From Saccharofermentanales bacterium (GTDB taxonomy: Bacteria > Bacillota > Clostridia > Saccharofermentanales > UBA5734), in NCBI GenBank assembly GCA_038326615.1, contig JBBQKF010000002.1:1155-65154 (forward strand): 64,000 nucleotides of DNA, written 5' to 3'. Both the position numbers and the translations under genes were made by a program. Positions 45,354-54,928 of this stretch are shown piece after piece; the stretch's first letter is position 1; each line of letters starts with the position of its first letter. The notes below the pieces were generated by a model, which saw nothing but the letters and a program-made list of their open reading frames with translations, was not told the origin of the DNA and did no database searches.

Positions 45354-47573
45354 ATGAGAAAATCATTTTATCTAACAACTCCAATTTACTATCCAAGCGG
45401 AAATCTCCACATCGGACATTCCTACACTACAGTTGCGGCTGACGCGCTGTGCAGATATAAGAGATTAAAAGGGTTTGACGTAATGTTTCTGACTGGCACA
45501 GATGAGCACGGACAGAAAATTGAACGTAAAGCAAAGGCTGCAGGCATAACTCCTAAAGTGTATGTTGACAATATTGTTGTTGGGATTAAAAGTTTATGGA
45601 ACACTCTTGACATAAAGTATGACAGGTTTATAAGAACAACAGATGAAGAGCATGAAGCGGCTATCAAATATATTTTTCAAAAGCTTTACGACAAGGGCGA
45701 TATTTACAAAAGTGAATATGAAGGATGGTATTGCACTCCATGTGAATCATTTTGGACAGAAACGCAACTAGTAGATGGTAAATGTCCTGATTGTAAAAGA
45801 CCAGTTGAAAGAACTAGGGAAGAAAGTTATTTTTTCAGAATTTCAAAATATCAGCAGGCGTTGATTGATCTTTTTGAGCAAAATCCTGATTTTATTCAGC
45901 CAGCATCACGTGCTAATGAGATGTTAAATAATTTTTTGCGACCTGGGTTAGATGATCTTTGCGTATCACGAACAACATTTGATTGGGGAGTAAAAGTTCC
46001 TTTTGATGATAAGCATGTCGTTTATGTTTGGATTGACGCATTATCCAATTACATTACGGCTCTTGGATATCCTGATGATCAAAATGGCGATTTTGCAAAA
46101 TACTGGCCAGCTGATGTGCATCTTGTTGGTAAGGAAATCGTTAGATTTCATACTATTATATGGCCTGCAATGCTTATGGCACTTGATATTCCGCTGCCAA
46201 AGAAGATTTTCGGACACGGCTGGCTTTTGCTTGATGGTGGGAAAATTTCAAAATCAAAGGAGAACAATACAGCAAATATTGTTGACCCGGTTATTTTGTG
46301 TAATCGATACGGCGTAGATGCAGTGAGATATTTCTTGCTACGTGAGGTTCCATTTGGTTCTGATGGTATTTTTACAAATGAACTTCTTGTACAAAGAACT
46401 AATTCTGATCTGGCAAATGATCTTGGGAATCTTGTAAGCAGGACATCTGCTATGATTGAAAAATATTTCGCTGGGATAATTCCAGAGGATAAACTAAGTG
46501 ATTCACTTGATAATGAGCTTGTTGATATGGGTGGCAAGCTTCTTTCTAAAGTCGAAGATTCAATGGAAAAATTGCAATTTAGTGTTGCACTTTCAGAAAT
46601 ATGGAAAGTTATTGCGCGGTGTAATAAATATATTGACGAGACAGCACCATGGGTTTTGGCAAAAGATACTACAAACAATCCTCGTCTTGCAATGGTAATG
46701 TTTAATCTTGCCGAATCAATAAGAATTATTTCGATTTTGTTATTGCCGTTTATGCCTAAGTCCTCTCCATTAATTTGGGAAAACATGGGAATCGAAGACG
46801 CTTCAATCTGCTCTTGGGATAGTGCATCTAAATTTGGTTTGTATCAAACACATTCTGGAATTAAGAAAATGCCAGTTATGTTTCCTCGCATTGACCTTGC
46901 AAAAGAACTTGAAGAGCTATCTAAGTTAAATGAGAATGCAAATTCGGATAGTAACGATAATGAAAGCGACGATTTAGCCCAAAAAGCAAAAAGCAATGGT
47001 GCCGACGTAGGCAGTAGAAACCCAGACAAAGATTCAGCAGAAAATAACAACAAAAATAATAATAATAATAATATAGGCAACAATAATGTAAACAACGATA
47101 GAAATAATACTAAAAACGAAACAAGTAGCAATGATAAAAATAATAATGTTACAGAAAAAGAGAAAGCGAGCAATAGCAAAACAATGGATGAAAAATCAAT
47201 AAATTTGGCAAATTTAGCAAATTCGCCAGAACAAACAGAGGGCGTAGCATACATCGATTTTACAGACTTTACAAAAGTAGAAATCAAGACGGGCAAAATT
47301 CTTGAATGTGAGAAAGTTACTGGTTCAGAAAAGCTTCTTCAATCAAAAATTGACATCGGAAATGAAACACGCCAGGTTCTTTCTGGAATTGCAAAGTGGT
47401 ACACTCCTGAAGAAATGACTGGTAAGACCGTTATTCTCGTAACAAATCTTAAACCAAGAAAAATGATGGGAAAAGAATCCAATGGAATGATTCTTTGTGC
47501 AAGTACTTCAAGCGGTGCTCTCAAAATTCTTACTGTCGAAGGGGATATTGAACCTGGCGCTGAGGTAGGCTGA
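45354..47573 (+). CDS. metG: methionine--tRNA ligase with C-terminal tRNA-binding (Trbp111/EMAP-like) domain and N-rich linker
   Basis: HIGH (GNLHIGHSYT), KMSKS variant (KISKSK), zinc knuckles CTPCE/CPDC, and a C-terminal OB domain (KVEIKTGKILECEKV...SNGMILCAS). Confidence 0.95.
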   Translation: MRKSFYLTTPIYYPSGNLHIGHSYTTVAADALCRYKRLKGFDVMFLTGTDEHGQKIERKAKAAGITPKVYVDNIVVGIKSLWNTLDIKYDRFIRTTDEEHEAAIKYIFQKLYDKGDIYKSEYEGWYCTPCESFWTETQLVDGKCPDCKRPVERTREESYFFRISKYQQALIDLFEQNPDFIQPASRANEMLNNFLRPGLDDLCVSRTTFDWGVKVPFDDKHVVYVWIDALSNYITALGYPDDQNGDFAKYWPADVHLVGKEIVRFHTIIWPAMLMALDIPLPKKIFGHGWLLLDGGKISKSKENNTANIVDPVILCNRYGVDAVRYFLLREVPFGSDGIFTNELLVQRTNSDLANDLGNLVSRTSAMIEKYFAGIIPEDKLSDSLDNELVDMGGKLLSKVEDSMEKLQFSVALSEIWKVIARCNKYIDETAPWVLAKDTTNNPRLAMVMFNLAESIRIISILLLPFMPKSSPLIWENMGIEDASICSWDSASKFGLYQTHSGIKKMPVMFPRIDLAKELEELSKLNENANSDSNDNESDDLAQKAKSNGADVGSRNPDKDSAENNNKNNNNNNIGNNNVNNDRNNTKNETSSNDKNNNVTEKEKASNSKTMDEKSINLANLANSPEQTEGVAYIDFTDFTKVEIKTGKILECEKVTGSEKLLQSKIDIGNETRQVLSGIAKWYTPEEMTGKTVILVTNLKPRKMMGKESNGMILCASTSSGALKILTVEGDIEPGAEVG

Positions 47574-47575
47574 TT

Positions 47576-48361
47576 ATGCTTTTTGATACACATGCCCATA
47601 TCAATGATAAGCGGTTTTCAGATGATTATAAAGAAGTTATTGACAGGGCATTTGCAGGTGGTGTATCAAAGATACTAATTGCAGGTGCAGATTATGAATC
47701 ATCTTTGTCGGCTTTTGAAATGTCAAAGATTGACCAGAGACTTTATTGTTCATTGGGTGTACACCCTCATGATGCTAAGTATTTTAATGATTCAATGTTA
47801 TCGGATTTTCAAAAAATGATTGAAGAAAATCCAAGGAAAATTGTTGCGATTGGAGAAATTGGCCTTGATTATTATTACGATTATTCCCCTCGCGACATTC
47901 AAAAAACTGCCTTCGAAAAGCAAATCGAATTTGCTGTAGATATTGGCTTGCCAATTATTGTTCACGACCGGGATGCTCATGGAGATTGCATTGATGTTAT
48001 AAAACACTATGCTAAATCAGGCGTTTTGGCAAAAAATCCAGGAATATTTCATTGCTACTCCGGAAGTGGCGAGATGGCCAAAATCCTTTTAAATCTTGGA
48101 TTTTACCTTTCGTTTGCAGGTCCGATTACATTTAAAAATGCAAAAAAAGCACTTGAATTCTTACCATCAATACCACTTGATCGAATCCTTATTGAAACAG
48201 ATTGCCCATATCTGACACCTGAACCTTTTCGTGGGAAGCGAAATGAACCTTTATATGTGGGATATGTTGCAGGTAAACTTGCCGAAATTTATGGTAAATC
48301 GATTGAGGAAATTGAAGATATAACATTTAAAAATGCATGTCGAATATTTAGAATTGAATAA
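47576..48361 (+). CDS. tatD: TatD-family metal-dependent hydrolase (YabD-like)
   Basis: LFDTHAHIND start, GEIGLDYYYD, IVHDRDAH and ETDCPYLTP motifs. metG-tatD adjacency as in B. subtilis metS-yabD. Confidence 0.9.
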   Translation: MLFDTHAHINDKRFSDDYKEVIDRAFAGGVSKILIAGADYESSLSAFEMSKIDQRLYCSLGVHPHDAKYFNDSMLSDFQKMIEENPRKIVAIGEIGLDYYYDYSPRDIQKTAFEKQIEFAVDIGLPIIVHDRDAHGDCIDVIKHYAKSGVLAKNPGIFHCYSGSGEMAKILLNLGFYLSFAGPITFKNAKKALEFLPSIPLDRILIETDCPYLTPEPFRGKRNEPLYVGYVAGKLAEIYGKSIEEIEDITFKNACRIFRIE

Positions 48362-48387
48362 ACAATAAGATTATTTTCTAGTTAATT

Positions 48388-48431
48388 GCCAGTATAGAAG
48401 TCGTAAACTTCTTTGAGTACTGGCTTTTTTT
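48388..48431 (+). terminator. rho-independent terminator after tatD
   Basis: GCCAGTA-T-AGAAGT-CGTAA-ACTTCT-TTGAG-TACTGGC followed by TTTTTTT. Confidence 0.75.
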
Positions 48432-48569
48432 AATATTTGTGGAAATTCAAAAAATTTAAAAATATTTTTAATAAACATATTGACAAAACAATATTATACG
48501 AGCTATAATATAACTGCGATACTATATTGGCTATAATATTGATAAGGGAATAGCAAGGAGGGAAGAATA

Positions 48570-48890
48570 ATGACATTTCATTCAAATGCAGTTCTATTGG
48601 ACGCCGTTGTTTTGGCTGTTGTTGCCAGAGATGGTACATATGGTTATAAGATTACACAAGATGTAAGACTTGCTATTGATATCTCTGAGTCAACGTTGTA
48701 TCCTGTATTAAGAAGATTAGAGAAAGACAATTGCCTTGATACATACGACATGGAGTTTGCTGGAAGGAACAGAAGATACTACAAGATTACGGACAGAGGA
48801 AGAAACCTTTTAACAAATTACTTAATTGAGTGGGAAAACTACAAAAACAGAATTGATCAAGTTTTTCATGGAGGTGGGATAAATGGGTAA
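48570..48890 (+). CDS. PadR-family transcriptional regulator
   Basis: TYGYKITQDV....STLYPVLRRLEKDNCL winged-helix signature. AAGGAGGG RBS. Confidence 0.85.
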   Translation: MTFHSNAVLLDAVVLAVVARDGTYGYKITQDVRLAIDISESTLYPVLRRLEKDNCLDTYDMEFAGRNRRYYKITDRGRNLLTNYLIEWENYKNRIDQVFHGGGING

Positions 48891-49683
48891 GAGTGAGTTT
48901 ATTGATAAGTTGCAGGATGAGCTGAAATTGATTCCCGCAGAAGAAAGAGAAAATGCACTTAAATATTACAGGGAATATTTTGATGACGCTGGAGTTGAAA
49001 ATGAGCAAAAAGTTCTTGACGAACTCGAATCACCTGAAGTGATAGCGGCTGGGATTAAAAATGATCTTGGATTTGACAAGAGTGCACAACAGACAAATGA
49101 GACAAGCAATAATGCTAATACTAATACTAATACTAATACTAGTAATCCTAATCCTAATCCTAATCCTAATCCTAATAATCCTAACCCTAATCCTAATCCT
49201 AATACTACTAATAGTGCTAATAATGAAAGTGCAAAAACAGTTGACTCGACAAAGAACACTTCGTTTACCGATCAAAAAGTCAATATTGGTAAAAAGTCTT
49301 TTCCGATTTGGGCAATAATATTGATTGCAATTTTGTTTATTCCAGTAATCATACCAGCAGTGGCAGGGATTTTTGGAACATCGGTAGGACTTGTTTTTGG
49401 AGCAATTGGAATTGCAATAGGATTTTTCGCAGCCGCCATAGGTGTTATCGTATCAGGCGTTGCACTCGCAATCTGGGGAATAGCTACAATTATTGCTGGC
49501 GCCATTCTGAATGGATTACTTTTGATTGGTCTTGGGCTCTTCCTCATTGGTCTTGGATTAGTTTTCCTGACGTTGGCACTACAATTTTTCATAGTCTGGA
49601 TACCTAAATTTGTAAAGTGGATAATTAATTTGTTTAGAAATGGATTTAGATATTCTTCAGGTAGGAAAGGGGAATTTGCATGA
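48883..49683 (+). CDS. DUF1700-type membrane protein (PadR-associated) with Pro-Asn repeat linker
   Basis: N-terminus EFIDKLQDELKLIPAEERENALKYYREYFDDAG is the DUF1700 pattern. C-terminal TM bundle. Translationally coupled to padR. Confidence 0.7.
   Translation: MGKSEFIDKLQDELKLIPAEERENALKYYREYFDDAGVENEQKVLDELESPEVIAAGIKNDLGFDKSAQQTNETSNNANTNTNTNTSNPNPNPNPNPNNPNPNPNPNTTNSANNESAKTVDSTKNTSFTDQKVNIGKKSFPIWAIILIAILFIPVIIPAVAGIFGTSVGLVFGAIGIAIGFFAAAIGVIVSGVALAIWGIATIIAGAILNGLLLIGLGLFLIGLGLVFLTLALQFFIVWIPKFVKWIINLFRNGFRYSSGRKGEFA
49114..49206 (+). repeat. hexanucleotide repeats (AATACT x4, AATCCT x ~10) in the DUF1700 gene encoding (NT)n/(NP)n
   Basis: Read directly; in frame. Confidence 0.95.
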
Positions 49684-50462
49684 AAATGTTAAGAAAATTA
49701 GCCATATTTGTTGGTAGCGGTTTAATTATTATAGGACTTATAATTGCACTGATTGCATTTGTTTTCGGTGGCAGAGTTAATAATGCTTTTCAGGGTGAAA
49801 GAACTAATTTGACAGAAACATATCAGTACGTAAATACTTTAAATATTGATTATAGCGCAGGTGAAATTTCAATAGTGAACGGTGAGGAATTCAAAATTGT
49901 AGCGGAAAACGTTTCAAAAGGTCGTTTTACTAGTAAAGTAGAGAATGGTGTTTGGACAATAACTGATAAAAATAAATCGTTCTTTTATTTTATAGGCAAC
50001 ATTAATTGGAACTATGATCCCAAAGTTACAATCTATCTGCCAAAGAACACAATGCTTAAAGAATGCAGTTTTAGTATTGGCGCAGGCAAAATAAGTGCCG
50101 ATGTTATAAATGCTGATACTTTTAGTGTGAAAGTAGGAGCTGGAGAAATTGATGTAAGCAACCTCACAGCTAAAGATTCAAATCTTGATTGTGGTGTCGG
50201 CAGAATTGGCATTGAAGGTTCAATTAGCGGAAATTCCAAGATTAATTGTGGTGTTGGTGAGATTTTTCTTAATCTTAAAGGTGACCCTGATTCATATAAT
50301 TACACAGTTAAAGTAGGAATCGGTGAGACAAAAATTAATGGCACTTCATTTTCTGGAATAAGCGACAAAAAAATAACAAACAATAATGCTGCATCGGAAT
50401 TTAACATTGATTGTGGTATTGGTGAAATAAATCTTACTGTAACTCCTTACCTTTACTCCTAA
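49680..50462 (+). CDS. DUF4097-like beta-helical 'putative adhesin' protein with N-terminal TM anchor
   Basis: Repeated (V/I)G(A/V)GEI(x)(V/L) beta-strand pattern. Third member of the common PadR-DUF1700-DUF4097 triad. Start overlaps the previous stop. Confidence 0.6.
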   Translation: MKMLRKLAIFVGSGLIIIGLIIALIAFVFGGRVNNAFQGERTNLTETYQYVNTLNIDYSAGEISIVNGEEFKIVAENVSKGRFTSKVENGVWTITDKNKSFFYFIGNINWNYDPKVTIYLPKNTMLKECSFSIGAGKISADVINADTFSVKVGAGEIDVSNLTAKDSNLDCGVGRIGIEGSISGNSKINCGVGEIFLNLKGDPDSYNYTVKVGIGETKINGTSFSGISDKKITNNNAASEFNIDCGIGEINLTVTPYLYS

Positions 50463-50795
50463 AAGTTTATACGATTTATATATTTATGGACTAATTACTA
50501 TTATCTAAACGTATTAATTTTCTAAAATGATTATATATTTAAATTGAATTAGGTTATAATATAATATAAATTAAATTGTATCTTATACGATTATGTTGAT
50601 AATAATCTGCAAAATGAAGTTCAACTAATTTGACTAGTGAATTCAATAAGAATATGTTGAACAAATATATTGAACATAAAATTTTGAAAACAGATGTAAA
50701 GAAAATGAAAAAATTAAAAAAGATCAAGAATTATGTTATTTGACAAACAAAACTAAATAGAAAGGAAAAGTTTGAGATTTCAAACAGGAAAAACA

Positions 50796-50990
50796 ATGAA
50801 AAGACTTTATAAAATTGAACAAGGCAAAATGGTTAGTGGAGTGTGCGGAGGTATTGCAGAATACTTTGATATCGATCCAAGTCTCGTTCGAATTGGCTGG
50901 GCTCTATTAGCTTTTGCAGGTGGTGCAGGCCTTATAGCATACATCATTGCTGCAATTATTCTACCAACAAAAAGTCAAGTGCAACAATAA
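50796..50990 (+). CDS. PspC-domain membrane protein
   Basis: MKRLYKIEQGKMVSGVCGGIAEYFDIDPSLVRIGWAL matches the PspC N-terminal domain, followed by one TM segment. ATG 50796 preferred to the upstream TTG 50772. Confidence 0.75.
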   Translation: MKRLYKIEQGKMVSGVCGGIAEYFDIDPSLVRIGWALLAFAGGAGLIAYIIAAIILPTKSQVQQ

Positions 50991-51051
50991 CTAACAAAAA
51001 TTATTTGCCGAAAATAAATACACAAAAAAATGAATAAATACAAATATACAA

Positions 51052-51084
51052 ATAGGCTCTGTCAAACTGGCAGAGCCTATTTTA
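51052..51084. terminator. bidirectional terminator between pspC-like gene and convergent DUF2284 gene
   Basis: ATAGGCTCTG-9 nt loop-CAGAGCCTAT followed by TTT. Confidence 0.7.
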
Positions 51085-51106
51085 GTTAAAATTAGATAGG
51101 ATTTGC

Positions 51107-51670
51107 TTATTTAATCAAAATCAACCCAACATATGAAACGGTAGAAACTCCATTGTTGTATTTTAATCCTGCAACAGTTAGAAGATTATTAACGTCAATT
51201 CCAAATGCTTCAACAGAAGGAAGGGCTAAATCCGGCAAAATACAAGGTTGGTCATCAAGGTAAGCGCACCTTTCACACAGAGAACATCCACCAACTCCAA
51301 GAGCCATAATTGTATTATTGGGGAATCTCTCTTTGACTTCACTAATGGTACTTCTGAAAACTTTATCATGCCTCAATGCGGCTTCAGTCATGCCTTCAAA
51401 GTCAAATGAATCTTCAAGTTGTGAAATTGTCTGTATTACAATACCCTCATCAAATTTTCGTATTTTGTCGATGCCATCCTCAATTTTACCAAGGGCAGGT
51501 GGGCACATCCAGTTTGTATTATATTTCCCGCAAAAATTCATTGCACACATGTTTTTGAATTCTTCAGAAAAATTAATATTTTTTGTTTCCACATAAGCAA
51601 CTTTATCTGCTCCGTTTTTAATTGCTAAATTTGCAAGCTCATCTTTATTTACCATTTCACTATTTTTCAT
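51107..51670 (-). CDS. DUF2284-type predicted metal-binding (Cys-rich) protein
   Basis: CAMNFCGKYNTNWMCPP and GGCSLCERCAY cysteine clusters. ATG 51670 follows AAGGAGGA; the track start 51742 has no RBS. Confidence 0.65.
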   Translation of the reverse strand: MKNSEMVNKDELANLAIKNGADKVAYVETKNINFSEEFKNMCAMNFCGKYNTNWMCPPALGKIEDGIDKIRKFDEGIVIQTISQLEDSFDFEGMTEAALRHDKVFRSTISEVKERFPNNTIMALGVGGCSLCERCAYLDDQPCILPDLALPSVEAFGIDVNNLLTVAGLKYNNGVSTVSYVGLILIK

Positions 51671-52151
51671 ATTTATATCATCCTCCTTGTATAAAAATTT
51701 CGTTACCGTCTCAGTCAGTAGGTATGGCATTGGTATTGACATACCAGTAATTTTTGCAGAATCTGAATTTATTCAGATTTTCACTCATATAAGACAACCT
51801 CTTTTTTTGTTTAAAGACTAATCACTCGTTTATTCAAAAACTTAATAAATCTATAAATCCTAGTGAGTTTAACAATTTATACAAAAACACTCACTGGTTA
51901 TTTTCACTGGTGCGTTATAACCTCTAAATATTATATATAATTTTAGAATTTACTAGGTGCTAATTGTTATTCTGACAGTAAAAATGTTTGATGTCAAGCA
52001 AAAAAATGCTATTTATAGCAGAAATCGGAACTTGCTTTTTGAATTGTTTTTTTGATTTATAAATATGTTACAAAGTTAATTGATTTAGAGAAAAATAGCT
52101 ATTTTGATATCCGAGCTGGTATTAATAAACCGTGAAGCAGTACGATAGTAA

Positions 52152-52202
52152 AAACATTTTTCAAACATTTTCCAAACATTTTCCAAACATTTTCCAAACA
52201 TC
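52152..52202. repeat. 11-bp tandem repeat x ~4.5 upstream of the LbH gene
   Basis: CCAAACATTTT units. Confidence 0.9.
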
Positions 52203-52323
52203 AATTAAAATATGTTAAAATATAGTAGGCTAGAAATCAAATTTTATTTACATATAAATAATTATTAAAATCTGATTTCATTTGGCTCATGAGCGATAAT
52301 CATTTTTAAGAGGTGGAAGTAAT

Positions 52324-53001
52324 ATGAAAATATCAACTAAAGATTATACTACTAACAAACTATTTGATTTAAATTATACTATTGCAAGGGAATTATTTGA
52401 ACAATATGAATTTCCATGGGAAGTTCTTCCTTTAATTGGGGGATTTATAGTTAGTCTTGGACAAAGCCTATCGCCTGATGAATATGATTATAAAGGCGAA
52501 AATATCTGGATTAGCAAAACTGCTAAAGTCAATCCAAATGCAACGATTGCTGGGCCTTTAATAATTGGACACAGAGCGGAAATCAGACATTGTGCTTTTA
52601 TCAGAGGAAATGCATTGGTTGGTCAAAACGCTGTTGTTGGCAATTCAACTGAACTGAAAAATGTTATTTTATTTGATGGTGTTCAAGTCCCGCATTATAA
52701 TTATGTTGGGGATTCAATTCTTGGCTATAAATCTCATATGGGTGCTGGCGCAATTACATCAAATGTTAAATCTGATAAAACTTTAGTAATTCTAAAAGCG
52801 GATACTGAGATGATTGAAACTGAACTCAAAAAGTTTGGTGCCATTCTTGGTGATAATGTTGAAGTGGGATGTAATAGTGTACTTAATCCAGGAACAGTTA
52901 TTGGCAAAAATACAAATATTTACCCTATTTCAATGGTTAGAGGATTTGTTCCTTCAAACTCAATCCATAAAAATTCGGGGGAAATTGTTTTAAAGAAATA
53001 A
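52324..53001 (+). CDS. hexapeptide-repeat (left-handed beta-helix) protein, sugar-nucleotidyltransferase C-terminal-domain-like
   Basis: Runs of [LIV]-G-x-x-x-x hexapeptides (IGHRAEIRHCAFIRGNALVGQNAVVGNSTELKNVILFDGVQV...). No nucleotidyltransferase N-domain. Confidence 0.6.
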   Translation: MKISTKDYTTNKLFDLNYTIARELFEQYEFPWEVLPLIGGFIVSLGQSLSPDEYDYKGENIWISKTAKVNPNATIAGPLIIGHRAEIRHCAFIRGNALVGQNAVVGNSTELKNVILFDGVQVPHYNYVGDSILGYKSHMGAGAITSNVKSDKTLVILKADTEMIETELKKFGAILGDNVEVGCNSVLNPGTVIGKNTNIYPISMVRGFVPSNSIHKNSGEIVLKK

Positions 53002-53203
53002 AAATGCTAATTTGAAACAGAGATTTCAGCTTTTATAATCTTTGATAATTGTAAATAATTGATTCGTTTATGATTCGTTTTTGTTAATTTAGACTTTATA
53101 GCAATTAAATTAGTCTTTGTAGTTTAAAGAAATCCATTATTTTAGCACCAACAAAAAAATTAAAAAATAAAAAACAATAATTAAACAATCTGGAGGAATA
53201 AGT

Positions 53204-53869
53204 TTGAAATACAAAGTTGCAATTTTTGATATGGATGGCACAATTATCGATTCCATGTGGATATGGAAAGAACTTGCTATGAATTCTTTTACGAGAAGAG
53301 GAATTGAAGCACCGGATGATCTTGAACAAAAAATATTTTCGATGAATTTTGTTGATGCTGCAACTTTTTGTATAGAACATAGCGGTTCTTTAATGGCTCC
53401 TGAAGAACTAATTGAAGAATGGACCCGTGATGCAAAAACAATGTATAATGAGAGGATAACTCTTAAATCATCAACGATAGATTTATTAGAGCATCTTAAA
53501 TCCGAAGGGTATACAATTTGTCTTACAACAGCAAACTGGTTAGAAATAGCCGAAAAAATTCTAGATAGATTTGAAATAAGACAGTTTTTTGATTCGATTA
53601 CAGTTACGCAAGAGGTTTCAAGGGGTAAAACATTTCCGGATGTTTTCTTATTGACAGCGAAGAAGCATAACGTTGAGCCTGAAAGTTGCATAGTTTTTGA
53701 AGATTCATACTATGCGGTTGTTGGAGCAAAAGCTGCAGGCATGACTGTAATTGGAGTATATGATGAGTATGCCAGACATTCAGAAAATGATATTCGTATT
53801 GCCAGTGATGCATATATTTATTCGTTCGATGAATTGAAACCTGACTATAAACTTTTTGATGAACTCTAA
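53204..53869 (+). CDS. HAD-superfamily hydrolase (beta-phosphoglucomutase-like subfamily IA)
   Basis: DMDGTIIDS motif I, TTAN motif II, and FEDSYYAVVGAKAAG motif III/IV. TTG start 6 nt after GGAGG. Confidence 0.8.
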   Translation: MKYKVAIFDMDGTIIDSMWIWKELAMNSFTRRGIEAPDDLEQKIFSMNFVDAATFCIEHSGSLMAPEELIEEWTRDAKTMYNERITLKSSTIDLLEHLKSEGYTICLTTANWLEIAEKILDRFEIRQFFDSITVTQEVSRGKTFPDVFLLTAKKHNVEPESCIVFEDSYYAVVGAKAAGMTVIGVYDEYARHSENDIRIASDAYIYSFDELKPDYKLFDEL

Positions 53870-53950
53870 AATAACTCTAAAATAACTCTAAAATAACTCT
53901 AAAATTACTCTAAAATTACTCTAAAATTACTCTAAAATAATTCTAAAACA
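53863..53950. repeat. 11-bp tandem repeat x ~7.5 starting at the HAD gene stop codon
   Basis: CTCTAAAATAA / CTCTAAAATTA units. The TAA stop (53867-69) is part of unit 1. Confidence 0.95.
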
Positions 53951-54064
53951 AATCTAAAAAAAACCTAAAATTGCAGGAATTATATCAAAACGCAAGGGTT
54001 TTGTGGTATTCTATAGATATATAAACAGATATAAACTCTTACCCATACAAAGGAGGGTGCGATT

Positions 54065-54928
54065 TTGAATGAATTGAATGAAAAACGTTTAGCCGTACTT
54101 ATTGACGCAGATAATATATCATCAAAGAACATTAAAAATATGTTGATCGAAATTTCTCGGTATGGAATGCCAACAATTAAACGAATTTATGGGGATTGGA
54201 CTAAACCTGATCTCGGTGGATGGAAAAATTCACTTCTTGAGCATGCCATAACGCCTATGCAACAATACGGATACACCAGTGGCAAGAATTCTACCGATTC
54301 TGCAATGATTATTGACGCAATGGACATATTATACACGGGGGAAGTTGATGGATTTTGTATTGTTTCAAGCGATAGTGATTTTACCCGTCTTGCAATCAGA
54401 CTTCGTGAAGCAGGCAAAATGGTATATGGGATTGGTGAGCGTAAAACTCCAATTTCTTTTATTGCTGCCTGTAGCAAATTCATTTATGTTGAAATATTAG
54501 GCGTAGTTGAAACAAAAGAATCAGAAATCATTAAAGTTTCCGGTGAAAATAACGCTGATGTTGAAAAAGATAAAGAAAAGGAAAACATTGTTAAGAATGA
54601 TGCTGTTCTTCCAAAACCTCCTGACAAAATGGTGCGCGATGATTTAAAGAAATTAATTTCATCATCTGCCTCGGATCTTGCAGACGAAGATGGCTGGGCT
54701 TATCTAGCTGCTGTAGGTGCACATATTAACAAAAAACAACCTGAATTTGACCCTAGAAACTACGGATTTCAAAGACTTACTCCTTTGTTGAAATCTCTTA
54801 ATGCGTTTGATTTTGAAGAACGATTAGTCGGAAATTCTAAAGCAAGGCATATTTATATAAGGGATAAACATGAACCAGAGGTTGTCAGACCATCAAAAAA
54901 GAAGAAAAAGGTACCCAGCGTTCAATGA
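54065..54928 (+). CDS. NYN-domain (LabA-like) predicted RNase with C-terminal OST-HTH/LOTUS domain
   Basis: LAVLIDADNIS...IYGDW...FCIVSSDSDFTRLAIRLREAGKMVYG is the NYN/LabA pattern. The C-terminal GWAYLAAVGAHINKKQPEFDPRNYGFQRLTPLLKS is LOTUS-like. Confidence 0.75.
   Translation: MNELNEKRLAVLIDADNISSKNIKNMLIEISRYGMPTIKRIYGDWTKPDLGGWKNSLLEHAITPMQQYGYTSGKNSTDSAMIIDAMDILYTGEVDGFCIVSSDSDFTRLAIRLREAGKMVYGIGERKTPISFIAACSKFIYVEILGVVETKESEIIKVSGENNADVEKDKEKENIVKNDAVLPKPPDKMVRDDLKKLISSSASDLADEDGWAYLAAVGAHINKKQPEFDPRNYGFQRLTPLLKSLNAFDFEERLVGNSKARHIYIRDKHEPEVVRPSKKKKKVPSVQ

Noticed and set aside
46148-47296. Long minus-strand ORFs (212 aa and 150 aa) inside metG
   Set aside because: Antisense shadows of a well-supported gene. 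Their products are low-complexity (L/S-rich translation of the N-rich linker) with no RBS.
51711-51788. 25-codon upstream ORF (MSENLNKFRFCKNYWYVNTNAIPTD) on the minus strand ahead of the DUF2284 gene, plus small hairpins
   Set aside because: Only a weak RBS and no recognisable leader-peptide logic. Insufficient evidence.
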